Below are positions 26,201-38,765 of a DNA stretch of 64,000 nucleotides, piece by piece; the stretch's first letter is position 1, and every line of letters begins with the position of its first letter. Location of the stretch: contig CAIIXF020000001.1 of assembly GCA_903813345.2 (NCBI GenBank), forward strand, positions 3,038,001 through 3,102,000. Reading direction: 5' to 3'. This DNA comes from Owenia fusiformis (lineage: Eukaryota). Under the pieces are notes generated by a model. It made no database searches and was not told the DNA's origin. It saw nothing but the letters and a program-made list of their open reading frames with translations. The position numbers and the translations under genes were made by a program.

Positions 26201-29200
26201 CACACATTTATAAAAGGGTGATTTTTATTTTGACAAATCAATTTCAAATTTATGGGTGAAGTTTCAGGATCTTCTATTTGTGTATAATAAGGAAAAATTG
26301 GCATCTAAATTTCCCCATAACGTAATAGCACACAGCTTGGCATATGAAATATCCTACACAAATGAAACAAAGCAGTTCTAACACAAGGATTTATATTGGC
26401 TGTTGTACATGTACTGTTTGAACGCATTCACTCCATGGATAACGTTTTCAAAATCATTATAAACGGATTACTTTATCTCAAAGACAATTTCAATAAACTG
26501 GATTTTACAGAACTCCCCTTATTTCTTAAAAATGGACTGATCCAGTTGATTCGCCTGGAGCCGCCATATTGTTTTTATACGGGATGCTTATCGGAACCCT
26601 TTAAGAAAGCAGCTCGGACTAAGAAAAGGAAAATAACAAAATTTAATGTTTAATTGCTGTCCATTTGGAATTTCAGAAAACAAAATTTGAGAAACAGAAA
26701 TATTCTATCATAAAAATTCTTATTTTTCATCCAGATTGTTCCCAACTGGACATGGTGTTGGTGATAGACACGTCACAGAGTTTACTCAAATCTACTGAAT
26801 GGGAACGGATCAGGAAAGACCCAGATAACCACCATGAGATAAAATCTGTAAATCTGATGGCTGTTAAGACATTTTTCAAACAGTTACTAGCTGCCGTCCC
26901 AATAGGTATTGTTATTTGGCATCTGGTCGTATGAACCTGTAGTTGGTTTTGGCAGTAGCTGAATTTATTAAATATACCGCGGGAGTATTGGAGAGGCATA
27001 ACTAAGGCCAAATGTATACCAAACAAGACAGTATATCTATAAATACCAAATAACATTCGGCTACGGTCTCGTCGCTAGCATTCGAATCTCCGGTTCCAAT
27101 CTAGGCTATTCATATCATGGAATAAAGGTGCAATACAAATTTGAAGGGTTCCACTTCATATTAAATATGATTTACTTTTGGGTAAGAGTCCTAAAAGCTA
27201 TACCAACGTGTACAACGAGATTTGACAGACGCAGCTCATGACTATGATCGCCGCCTATTTTAATTCAATACTAAATTTGAAAACACTATATCTCATCAAC
27301 TTTAACAAGTCCATCAACTTTTTACTGGGTTATAAAAGTTTGAGAGTAAAATATTATTATTTCATGAGATGAATCTATGCTAAAACAGAAGGTGTCCAGT
27401 AAAAGTGCTAACATGTTTATTGATGCATCTCTTATTTATTTCCATCTAGGCATGGATAAAACGAGAGTGGCCATCGTCTCATTCGATGAAGTGGTTACGA
27501 TCCACCAATACCTCGATGAAACTACGGACTATGCAGGAACAAAGGATACGTTGACAAATAGTGTCATTGATTATACAGGCGTTGGGACACGTACAGATGC
27601 AGCACTTCAATATGTTCTTAACAGGTGAGGTTAGCTGAATTAGCAACCAAAAACTAAATATCTTATCTCTGATTGATAATGATCAATGCTTGAAATTTGA
27701 TGAGTTCATAAGGGTTTTTGTGAAAACGATTCTAGGACCAATTACCCTTCGGCTGTCTTCAAAGTTAAGGTTAACTGTGTAAAAATATGCAGAGAACATC
27801 TTCTAATAACAATACAGAACACTAAAAGCAATTCAACTGACGGATTCAGTCATTAATTCCACGGCCGTTGGTATCAAAAGAAGTCGGGGGATTACCATAT
27901 ACTGTTTAGAGGAGACTTCTACCTCCACTTCCAGTTTCATTTTCATAACTTTTGATTCCCACCATGCTCTAAACGTAAAACATTTATTCTTCAGATGGAT
28001 ATTCTATTTGTTGAAGTCAAAAATAAATCCTTTAAATCAATTTAAGAATTATCACACTATGGAAAACAATCCATTCTTCTCTATGGTTGCAAAAAGTTCA
28101 ACAAAGCAAAAACACCATACGGAACATATGTTCAATGATGCATGGTTGAACACATTTGTGTTTAGGGTATTGAAAGGAGATCGTGGGGATCGTGAGGATG
28201 TAAACAACTTCATTATGATGGCGACTGATGGAGTTGCGTTTCCATGTTGCACGGCTGGCTGCTGCATGAGTAGCACGGGAAACAACACATGTCCAAGAAC
28301 TGACTACCCATGTATCTCCAAGAGTGAAGCCATAAAGGTGAGTCCTTTTCGTTCTCAGAATATACTAGATTACTTCAATCACAATGTTATCCGAATTTAG
28401 TCTAATTCGAACATCCACAATTCATCATATATCAGATATTGTTTAAGAATTATTGGACAACCCTTTCATAACAACTTTTTCCAGGATGTGAAACTTGCTG
28501 CTCATGAACTGAAAGAGAATTGGAGAAATGATGTCTACATACTTGCGCTTCCAAACAAACCCGATCGAGAAGATAACTCAGCTAAGAAACAAATGCAAAA
28601 GAGAATAGGTTTGTATGCTTATATATTATATATTATTATATGAAGGTAGCAAAATTGATTTCTTTTTATGGAACATACCTGTAAAATTGTTAAATATGAA
28701 GATGGCTTTTGTGCGGAGAAGGTAATTCATTTACAACCTGTGATATTGATTTTCGTGTATTAATTTTGTATTTTCTATTGTAAACAGTGGTTAATAAGCC
28801 CAGTGTGGGCTAGGTAAAATTGAAATTAATTTTGTATATTTTATAATTGAATTGTAAGACTAACCACTATAAATAAATAATTAAACTAAACTAAACTATA
28901 TAAATACTGAAACATATTTGCGAAGTCAAAGAACTTTATGAAAGATTTTTTGTACATTTTTTGAAATTTTATTGTTTATTGACCAAACATCTCTTAACAA
29001 GGCAAAATAACTTTAATCAATGTGTCTAATACTCGTTATGTATACCAACAGCAATGTCCTTATATGAGGCACTTGTAAGAAATACAGCTACCGACATCAA
29101 AACACTGGAACAGTTCAATGAGTTGGAAAACATCGTGAAAGAGATGATCAACAGAGTTTGTGCAGCTGCTGATGGCCTCTGTAAGTAAATTATGTGTCAT

Positions 29201-29423
29201 GAGCCTCAATGCATACAGCGCATGTAAACCCTTATTCTAGCATTAAGATTTATTTTATTTTTTATTTTAACAGTTTTTCGACGTAATCCAAGAAACGGAT
29301 TGTAGTGAATAAAACCAGGCATAAAAAATTATTGTGTGCACCATCCACAGATACATAAAAATTACAAAAATCCAGTAATACGGTATTCTATACTTTTCAG
29401 TTTTGTCTGCTCCGGTTCCTTAA
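8236..29423 (+). CDS. Secreted alpha-carbonic-anhydrase-related (probably acatalytic) domain plus two von Willebrand factor A domains, about 751 aa
   Basis: Exons: 8236-8281, 8536-8556, 8732-8896, 10214-10347, 10764-10868, 11087-11153, 20838-20998, 21487-21631 (signal peptide and CA); 22881-23016, 24459-24605, 24930-25054, 25772-25981 (VWA1); 26735-26905, 27450-27624, 28166-28337, 28485-28608, 29052-29180, 29401-29423 (VWA2). All introns GT-AG with matching phases; total 2256 nt, no internal stop. Signal peptide MILLILAVLPLVNSQ. CA motifs WNY..GP..W, QSPVNI, FHFRWGSDHTING..FPLELH, YYRYQG...PPC...WTVF, RPTQ.L..R.V. VWA MIDAS motifs DESCS..T..TDG and DTSQS..T..TDG. Confidence 0.9.
12335..12525. 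mobile_element. Small GC-rich MITE inside arm A (also present in the other two arm A copies)
   Basis: Imperfect TIR CATGGCCGTAGCCAGG / CCAGGATACGGGTCTG, flanked by direct repeat TATTC (12330-12334, 12526-12530). Confidence 0.55.
12856..15705 (-). mobile_element. Complete inverted copy of the same TIR element, inserted in the satellite of copy 1
   Basis: TACGGAAAGCTATAGG at 12856 and CGCTTTCCGTA ending at 15705; own 6-bp TSD ATATTG (12850-12855, 15706-15711); arms are near-identical reverse complements of 11733-12725 and 19956-20500. Confidence 0.9.
13475..14715 (-). repeat. Variant pentamer satellite (CAATA/CAATG/CAGTG)n inside copy 2
   Basis: Visible 5-bp periodicity. Confidence 0.95.
15712..17413 (+). 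repeat. Variant pentamer satellite (TATTG/CATTG/CACTG)n of copy 1, continuing 12725-12855
   Basis: Visible 5-bp periodicity; resumes directly after the ATATTG TSD. Confidence 0.95.
17414..20500 (+). mobile_element. Third, direct-orientation copy of the TIR element (arm A, satellite, arm B)
   Basis: TACGGAAAGCGAAAAGGGGATATACC at 17414; arm A near-identical to 11733-12725. Left flank TATTGC does not match right flank CTATAC. Confidence 0.85.
18407..19955 (+). repeat. Variant pentamer satellite of copy 3
   Basis: Visible 5-bp periodicity. Confidence 0.95.
21089..21376. mobile_element. Palindromic Tc1/mariner-type MITE
   Basis: CAGGGTGTCCCGAAAGTATG / CATACTTTCGGGACCCCCTG with TA flanks; the two halves are inverted almost throughout. 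Confidence 0.85.
21729..22815 (+). mobile_element. Internally deleted mariner element with transposase remnant
   Basis: TIR CGAGGGGTGATCAATAAGTAATGGACGC extending about 200 bp; TA TSD. ORF 22103-22393 contains LHMDNSPAHIS...APYCPDLLTCDLF, matching the mariner HDNAPAH..S and PYSPDLAP.DF catalytic motifs. Confidence 0.9.
23497..24102 (-). mobile_element. 5'-truncated non-LTR retrotransposon (C-terminus of ORF2)
   Basis: 201-codon ORF containing LRINTGEW..IP..DRFCESC...IETLEHFVLKC, the CCHC zinc-knuckle region typical of LINE ORF2 C-termini. Antisense within an intron. Confidence 0.8.
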
Positions 29424-30729
29424 AATGATTTACAGCGCTTGGTATGGCTATGAGACGGTGGCGAAGAGTAATGGACCAACCTTACAACTTGTTATTTACT
29501 CAGTAAAAAAACTTATTGACAATTATTTGAAACTTGTCAACTTGTGTTGTTAAATATACAGACACTATCTCTATGTGGCATCGTTCAGTTTTAATCCACT
29601 TAAAAGATTTGGAAATCAAGTACCATCTCTTAGATACCGAACATGAATGAAAAAATCACTTAATTTACAGTTATTTGCTAATGTACTGGTCCCTATCTGG
29701 TTACATCTTTATGGCAAAATTGATGAATTTCCTTTAAAGTGTGGGCCTGACCCGGCTACGTATAGCACAGAGTTTATACTGGCGGATTAGACTAGTTCAT
29801 TTTTATATGTGTGTGAAAGCTTTCTCTTATTTGCGTTTTTTCGTTTAGTACGTTTTTTTATAATTGCCGAGGTCTTATAACCGGGATAAAACAATGATTA
29901 TCGTTGACTGCCCACACACAAAACATACGTTGAGTGAACAGTGTTATTACAAACAACAGGCTTTAGAGTACAAAGCGTAGTGTGATAATAAGCTGTACAC
30001 TACCACTGCTGCATGTACATATTACTAATTTACTTGTTGTTGTGTTTGTCACCTTTAAATTTTACATTTCAAAATTGTCATTTTACATGTCATAATTTGT
30101 TGGTTTCATTCGTTTAGTCAATCAAAACATTGTAAAACAATAGATTGTCTGTTACGTACAATCAATTTTGTTCAGTTTTGATTAGTTGTCAGAATAAAGT
30201 TACGTTCATCTGAATCCATGTATCAAAACAAAAATCCTATTTTCACTTCAAAATACTTCAGAGATGAAGGCTCGGAATTTTCACATGCAATAACTTATTG
30301 TCGTATTCTTTATTTTATCTTCTCGATAGTAGCATTTAGTCGCACATTTGATGCCAGGTCACCTTGTCGCGTACCTCTTGGTGAACCCCACATTTATGTG
30401 TGTACTCATGGAAGTAAATTCCCCGGCTACATGTGTAGCCGAGAGCCACAAACTTTTCAACAGGTTCGAAATGACCAATTTCTCTCATATATACTCTAAA
30501 TATTTTATTATTTAGCACCTACAAAGTATTGCTAATAACCATATGTAATTTCAATAAGGAAACTTATGTGGCTACATATAAATTCAATATCAACACTAGC
30601 TGTTCTCTCAACACGTCCTGGCTTACATTGTGGTGCAGACTGTGTGGTGACAAACCCTGGATTTTCGCTATTTATAGTTTATCAACACCTGGACGCATGC
30701 GCATTTTATAGTTTATCGGGCACTTTAAG

Positions 30730-31066
30730 GAAAAGTAAGCTTTTTATTATTATCATTTTCACGAACAAAGAAGTTGATTTGTATCCTAATATTTTACCTG
30801 TATGTTAATAGAAATTCGGTTATTGAAAAGCTAGTCTTTCACGTGCAAATGTCTATCATCTCCAATAATCGAGTAAGAATTCCCACACTTAGATAACCTG
30901 AACGTCATCGGGTGAATGTTGCATTGCTAACGCGAGGGGTTCTTACTCGTTTATTGGAGCCCTTGGATGTATCAGTAACCGGATGTCACTATTAGCATAC
31001 GGATAAAATATTTGGATACAAATCAACCTCTTTGTTGGTGAAAATGATGATAATAAAGACGCTTGC
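30730..31066. mobile_element. Foldback/MITE-like element
   Basis: TTATTATCATTTTCAC.AACAAAGA.GTTGATTTGTATCC vs its reverse complement at ~31014-31058, plus an inner inverted pair CTCCAATAA.CGAGTAAGAA / TTCTTACTCG.TTATTGGAG. Confidence 0.6.
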
Positions 31067-32044
31067 AAATTTTCTTTATCGGAAATTTATCCATTTTGTT
31101 AAAAAGACGTGAAACATTGGTGTATTAATTAAGATCAGAGTCCAAATTGTGAACGAAGTCTCGGTCGGAAGAAGGCCTAATTATGAATTCTGGGGTACCC
31201 CTCCCCAGTGTATTATCTGTTATCTTTATAAAGAATTCTGAGCCACCCCTCCCCTTCTTGAGGGCATACTAGAAAATCCTAGTAAAACATAAAAACAGGA
31301 CATATTTTTCTAAAATTCGGAATTGTTTGGAAAGAAATCGGCGTGAAAATCGATGTTCATTTTCTGAAAAATCTTGAGAAAATTGGAATGTCTGAAATAT
31401 ATGGAAAAATTTGTTCCAAAAAATCAGGAGTAAACTAAAAAAAACTAAATCGACACCTTGAAATGAATAGGGAGGAAATCTCTAATTTTCTAAAAATCGG
31501 GGTTGTTTGGAAAAATCTGTGAAAGTCGAGGTTCATTCAGAACTTCTAAATAAAAAACTCGGGGTTACTGTTATTTATTTATTTATTTGCCAAACACTTT
31601 TTAATCAGTGGCACAATGGAAAATTCCAGTGCGGCAGTACATAAAACAAATACATATAGGGTGTCCGGAAGGTAAAGATACGAATACTCTAATTTTAAGA
31701 GATTTAGGAGTTTTGCAATGAAATTGCTACAGATTGTAGAGAAACATTATTACAATGTGTCTACCAACTCTCGTCGCATATAGTCTAAACCGGTTAAAGT
31801 TACAGTAGTAATATTAATATTAATATTAAAAGTTAATATAGTATTTTCTACCTAAATACATGACTATTGGAAGTCTTTTCTGTATCTAAACAAACTGAGT
31901 GTCTCGAGCAGACACGTGTGAGGATTATACACAAGGATATTTTCCATGGAGGCGACAAATGATGGTTTTGTGCACTTTTTATAACTTTCATATGTTTCCA
32001 ATATGGCGGCGCCCTCGGAAAGAAAAGCTTGAGTTTGTTATTGA

Positions 32045-33223
32045 ATGGACTTTAGGCTACGTAGAATGGATAATACCGGACCTACCATGGATGTTCCGCC
32101 CCCATACATGATGGATATTGAAGAAAGCGTTCAGTTCTTTCTCCAAAAAATTGACTGGGAGCCAAAGGATAACATTGTTGAATCTTTGAGTGATGAGTTT
32201 GACGAGGGTCAACTGTGTGAAACGAGGGAAACCCTTTTGAAGGCTGCGCAAGCTGAATGGCAAACAAAGGTTGGTAATAAGTCTATTGTTTTTGGACTGA
32301 AATTACGCAGAGGAGCCGACAAGCTGAAGGCGATATGCCGGGATGTATTCGATTTGTATAGATATTGTGCCGATTTTGACTCATCATCATTCCCACGATC
32401 TGTCCTCAATGCTTCGACAATCTCTGCGATAGAAACTTTTGTTCAAAAAGACACGGTAAATGATGACAACGGTGCCGATGCAGTTAAAACGATAGCTCCG
32501 TTGGGTGTTAATGGCCTTAAGGAACATTATATTACATTAGTCAACAAAATAAAGGAACTTGAAATCGCCTTCGCTGAGCTAAAAACCAGAGGGTCACAGT
32601 GACATGTTCTGTTTGTAAACATGAATGCCTGCTGGGCAATATCAATAAGGCTAATAATGAACACACAGCAGCACAGATTGACGTGGGATTAAAGCCGACT
32701 GACTGTGAAAACAGTACATCTACTCAAATGCCCAGTGTCGTGAGTATTTCTGATAATTATAGCTCCGACTCAAACAATCGTAAACCCTCTGTTAAGACAG
32801 CTACGTCGCCAAGTAATACATTAACAAAACCCGCAGCTACAAGTAATTGTGCAACGTTGAATGTTCCTCCTATTATGACCACCAGTAGTGTTTCTGATTG
32901 CTCTACGACAGTTGCATCAATTCCCGTGGATCCAATAAAGTTCCCGCCGCTTGTGGCTTCAAAACCGAAACTGATTGACTCCTCGACGTCTCCTCCACCC
33001 TGTTCCCTCGCCATCCCTCCAACCAAACCCCAACCTAAGGGGGCTAGGGAGATATCGAAGTCTAGCAATGGCGGGCGTGGAACTGCAACGATTAAGAAAT
33101 TATGTGGAGTCAAAAATGAGTCATCGCGTATAGTGTACTTGGAGAACATCTCGCAAGATATTGAGGATTCAGATGAGACCACGAAGGATCTAGTGCTCAA
33201 ATATGCTCATAACAGAATCTTAA
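32045..33223 (+). mobile_element. Non-LTR retrotransposon ORF1 (gag-like), frameshifted and truncated
   Basis: GC-richer island with two overlapping ORFs (32045-32602, 32599-33246). N-terminal helical region with RRG..K...DVFDL, a coiled coil, a Ser/Thr/Pro-rich linker, then the start of an RRM-like segment (LCGV...IVYLENIS) cut at TTAA 33220-33223. Family inferred by resemblance only. Confidence 0.6.
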
Positions 33224-34501
33224 GAGGTTCTGGACAAATCTTTTGATTCTGGACTTGTCATATTTTTTTTCAACGAAATCACATCCAAGGGTTGGATTTT
33301 TATTAGCTATTTAGAGAGTGAGTCCTGCCTAGTATTAATTTCAATAAAAAAAGTTAAAATAGAACCCTATTTGAGAGTCAATCTAATACTTACATTACAT
33401 TGATAAAAGGCAAATCCTGAAATATTTTTAAGTGCATTTTTTATGAAATATTATCCAAGTATTTAGATGAAAGGGTCTTATTTAAATACAAATCATAACA
33501 TGAAGATATTTTTCATGTAACAATTTTTAATGAAATTCAGTTAAAGGGTCAAGATAAAACGAGGTAATTTAGGTGAAAACCCTTACATGATGATGTGTTT
33601 TCATAGCTTCTTTCATAAAATTCCATCAAGGGGTGAAGATAAAATGATCGAATTTAAGTGATTTATGGATCACGAGAATATGTTTTCTTGGATATTTTCT
33701 ATGAAATCCCATCCAATGGTCAAGGTAAAATTTTGATTTTGATTTGGTATATTTGGTCACGTGTTCGAAAGATCCATATAAGGCCCGTAGAACCATATAG
33801 GAACGTCATTTTGAATGTCACGTGATAGATCCATATATGGGTTTTAGAACCATTTCGGGAAAGATGAGGGGAAGCCCCTGACACCTGTTTCACGATTTTA
33901 TCCGAACGTTGTTCGGATCATTTCGGTTTTTATGCACTTCATTATTCTACCGAAGTTTGCCGATTTGATTCGTCGTATTTCGGAATCCTGGTGACAATTT
34001 TATACTCCACTTGGAGTATTTTTGATCTACTTCTTATGACGAAAATTCCCGAACCTTGTTCGGATTAATCCGAATTTTCTGACCTACTTTATCTTCCGAG
34101 ATTTAACGAGTTAACATTCGTCTCATTTCGGAATCCTGGCGACAATTTTATACTCCATTGGGGTATTTTTGATCTACTTCTTATGACGAATATTCCCGAA
34201 CCTTGTTCGGATTAATCCGGATTTTCTGACCTACTTTATCTACCGAGATTTAACGAGTTAACATTCGTCTCATTTCGGAATCCTGGTGACAATTTTATAC
34301 TCCATTGGAGTATTTTTGATCTACTTTTTCTGGATTTTGCTCTACTTATTATAGTTTGACAACAAGCAAATCAAAAAATTTGACATGAATGGGTCTCGAT
34401 CGACTAACCTACAGCGTGGAAGCTAGGCACGTAGCCCATGAGGCCAAAGTGTTACCGATATAAAAGAACAAAAGTATTATATATTTATACCGAGCGTCAA
34501 T

Positions 34502-34978
34502 AACGCAGATGCGAGTAGGTAGTTACCAGTTTCGCCACCAGGTGGCTCGTTCGGGTCAGATAACATGGCGGGTATAGTAGAAAGTTCCCTTTAACTTAAA
34601 TTACGTCTATTTTAGTGGTTCAATTTTTATATAACCCTTATGTATCTAATAGTTGTACAAATTAAAATATGTCCAGGAAAAGAAAATGTTATCTGTCCAA
34701 TACAAGAAAAGATATTTCACTTTTTGTGATTTTGTAACATGGGCTCTATGGAGAATCAACCCGAACTGGAAGTCACACTTTCAAAAATAATTAAATTTTC
34801 AAACTTGATAAACAATCACATTTTCAAAAAAAATTAGTTTTCAAAGTTGATAAACAATTTTCGAAACCATATTTCTAGATGTACTTTTACATGTAGATTT
34901 CAAATATGACATCACTTTGTCTGTATTTTGAATATTTAATGACGTAAATCAAGATTATTTCTATTCGCATCTAGTCTA
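34502..34978 (+). mobile_element. Dispersed ~480-bp repeat with subterminal inverted repeats (HINE/Helentron-like), inserted in the left TIR
   Basis: Absent from the right TIR; subterminal AGATGCGAGTAG / CTATTCGCATCT; related reverse copies at ~36513-36730 and ~47600-47970. Confidence 0.6.
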
Positions 34979-37900
34979 TTCAAAATGATCTTCACTTTTG
35001 ACTCCACGTAAATACAACTCGTCAGTATCCAGAATAGGTGAACGCCTATGGCGCTAGTGAATAACCAAGCTTCAGGTCAGTGGTTCGTATCCCTCCGTGA
35101 TATACTATTTTTGTTTTATTAAGTACGACAGAAAGGAGCAAGGTGTAGGTTGAAAACAAGACGTTAGTTTGTTTCAAAACAAATTTGGAAACATTAACCT
35201 CTGATTATTAAAGGTTTTCCACTCCCGAAGGGCCTCTAGATCTATGAAATTTATTAGTTTTTTAGATATATGTGATCTACGTTTTCATACTTTAGCCTGT
35301 AGAATCATCTAAATATTACATTTTGGATTTCATTGATATCCTGTCATAGTCCTAAAATGTTTTTTTCTGGAACATTATTTTTTCAACACTGATACAAATT
35401 TCCCTGAAATATCTACCGTTTCAAAATTCCCGGACATCTTTGGCCCTTTTGACCTAATTTTAAAATTCCCTGACATTTCGAGCACTTGGAAAATTGAATC
35501 AATTTCCCTGACATTTGCAGGTGTGTACGAACCCTGGAAATATCCCAATGGCTCGCCCTATGGATCGCTAGCACAGATTGGTTTGATTAGTGTTTCAAAA
35601 TGGTGGACGAAGTGTTTGATTAGATAATTTACATATTGAGCTTCTTAAAGGGGCAACCAGGCCTGTACATAGAAAATTCGAATTTTTTTACTTTTTCTGA
35701 ATTTTTAGGGCACCATTTGGCTTAACATCTTCTTTTATACATTTTTTTCTCAAAATGTATGGATAAACAATATAATTTCAGCATTGAGCAGTGCAAATTT
35801 AGTTCAAAGCTTCTATAAAGGGAGTCCAACTTATAGATTTTGAAGATCCGACTCGTTTCAAGAAGAATATCGGCAGCTTAAACCACGCCCGGTGATCATA
35901 CGAAATGGATGCAAGAAAACTCAACAAAATTGGAAGATTTATTTTTTCAAGATAAAAGTTACAACTGGATTGCCAAATGAATAGGCGCAGTGCATGGCAA
36001 AATATGTTTTTTTTTTTTTTTTTTTTTTTTTTATTCCTTCATTCTTATTTATGTACATGTAAATGTAAATATAAATATGTACATGTAAATGTAATGCAAT
36101 TAATAATATAAATAAAATTTACGTAGACAAAAAAATACACTTATAGTTATGTTGTAAATGTATCTTGACTAAATGAATGTTGAATAAAATTGCAATTGTT
36201 GTTGATTGTTGATTGATAAAAGAATGAGTAAGAATAAAGTGTATGTAAAACCAATGCAATGGCAAAATATGTTAGGTCTTCTAGTATTTTTTTGAACTGA
36301 TACGCTTCTAAGATATGAGATCTATTATAAAAGGCGCATCATCTTCATCAACGTGCAAAAGTCAATGTTTTTGCTATAACTCAGGCAACAATGGTCTACA
36401 CGACCTGTAATAAATAGGTATAAGGGGCGTTATTATTACAACACTGACATTGCTCACTTTTTAAAGTTGTTTCAATGCGTTATACAAAAAATAACTCCAT
36501 TCTTACAAAATCACAAAAAGTGAAATATCTATTCTTGTATTGCATTTTCTTTCACTGGACATATTTTAATTTGCATTGCTATTAGATACAAAAGGGTGAT
36601 ATGAAAATTGAACCACGAAAACAGATGTACTTTAAGTTAAAGGGAACTTTCTACCATACCCGCCATGCTATCTGACCCGAACGAGCCACCTTGTGGTGAG
36701 ACTGGTAACTACCTGCTCGCATCTGCCTTATTACGCAGAGACATAAACGTATACACAAGGAAACGATAGGAGCTAACCTATTTTATCTCTGTATACATTT
36801 TAACTTTAATACATCTTTACAAAATACCTGTATATTGATTTTTTGACCTTGACCGATTCTTCGAATCGAATTTGTCCAAAGGTCTTGAAACGTAAAATGC
36901 CTCAATATTTATCTTTGACCTTGGGATGACCTTGTACAAGAAACATTAATGTTGACCTCGGTACATCTAATCATAATTCGCCAAGAGCCATAGTATCATA
37001 AAACGCCAAATACCTAGACATTGATCGTTTACCTTTGATGAACTTAACTCTGACCTTCGGAGACCAACTTACTATAAGGTTAAATCGTGTAGAAGGAGAT
37101 GTCCCAACAGACAGACAAAATGACAGACAGACCAAACATGCTTTATAATAGGTCCCGACATCTCCTTTTGCCCTCATACTTGATGGGCCAGTGAGCGTTA
37201 AAGGCAGAATCAGATATATGGGCGTGACAAAATTACAAGCAACATGTACAATTGACGTACCAATCTATTCCTTACAATCTCAAATACAAAATCTCAAAAA
37301 ATATTTACGATATGTTACAAATTAATGAGGTTATAATACATCTAGATTAAAAGTGCAAAATTGTTTAAATTCTCCCAAATAATAAGTAACCATTCTTATA
37401 GAAAAAATATACATTGTTGTAAACTCTTTAGTTTTCCTGAAATAAAGTGTGCACTTTGGGGATTTTTAGAAAATAGACATGAAAAGGAATAACATAAGCC
37501 AGAAATATTCTAAATTTGAAACAATTTTTGTTAAACTGTTTGCTAGATCTGATTGTCTCTTTAAAATGCCAATATCTATAGGTTTACGCGTTTTTTAACC
37601 TTGGTCTGAGATTCGACCCTTGATGAGGCATTATTAGGTGACCTGAATCAAGGTCATTCCTATGTAAAATATCAATATCTAGGTATTTGGTGATTTAAAG
37701 TCCTTTGCGCTGCTGTGACCCTTGGCAACCAATGATTAGGGGAACTGAGTTCAAGGGCAATGTTAATGGGTCAAGTTTGTTTCAAGATCAAATATTAATA
37801 TCTAAGTATTTGGCGTAGTGACTACCTTAGGGCTACAATGACCCTTGACGACACATGATTAGGTTACCTGAGGTCAAAGTCAATGTGTATTGTGCAACGT

Positions 37901-38765
37901 CATTTCAAGGTCATATCTAGGTATCTGGGGTTTCGCGATGTTTCAACAAGTTCATCTCAATTAAAAAATCAGTCAAAGTCACGTTATCAATACAGGTATT
38001 TTGCATTTTATGGAGACTGCTGCTATGTGGGGACCCTTGGTGATCCACTCGAACATGTAGATTTCTAGTATTTGTAAAGATGTATAAAAGTTAAAATGTA
38101 TACTTACCATGAGCTCCTATCGTTGAATAAAAATAAGGAGTATGGTTTTAATCTTTAAAATTGGCTAAGTCGTGATTATGCAACAATAGTATGTTCGAAA
38201 TACCGCTGTGTTATGCCTGGGTCACATTTGCTGCGAGTATTTTGTTCAAAATTGAATACATTTCTGAACACAATACTCAATCGGCCGGGCGCCGTAGTGA
38301 AAATCGGAGCAAATGTGACCAAGGCATAAAACAATTGAATAATACACAACCGTATCAGTTTCACATTTACCGCGGACAAAAGCATTCATAAAAATACAGC
38401 CAGAGTTGGCAATCATATAAAATGAAACCAATCCCGCTGTGATTCATAGAAATAACCAATTTACTGCATTGAGTTCAATGTTATAACCATGTCGATTTAC
38501 ATGAGTGTCCGATTCATTGTAGCACATTTAAACCTTGACTGTTCTCCAGAAAGCAATAAGCTGACATATATTATTTTTTTACATTTTAATAAAACTGAAA
38601 AGATAATAAATGTTTAATATAAGGTTGACGCACATGTAGTTATAAATGTTTTAAGCGTAAAATCAAAGCAGAACCATATAATTTTTTTTTAAATTACGCT
38701 GGAATTCCAACTGGATACAACTGACGAGTTGTATTTAATGTGGCCTAAAGTGCTGCTTATTTTTA

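Noticed and set aside
32590-32602. Programmed frameshift between the two ORF1-like frames
   Set aside because: No canonical slippery heptamer at the overlap; a disabling indel in a dead copy is simpler.
33981-34330. Regularly spaced repeats resembling a CRISPR array (also 50558-51480)
   Set aside because: The intervening sequences are themselves repeated, there are no cas genes, and the context is eukaryotic.
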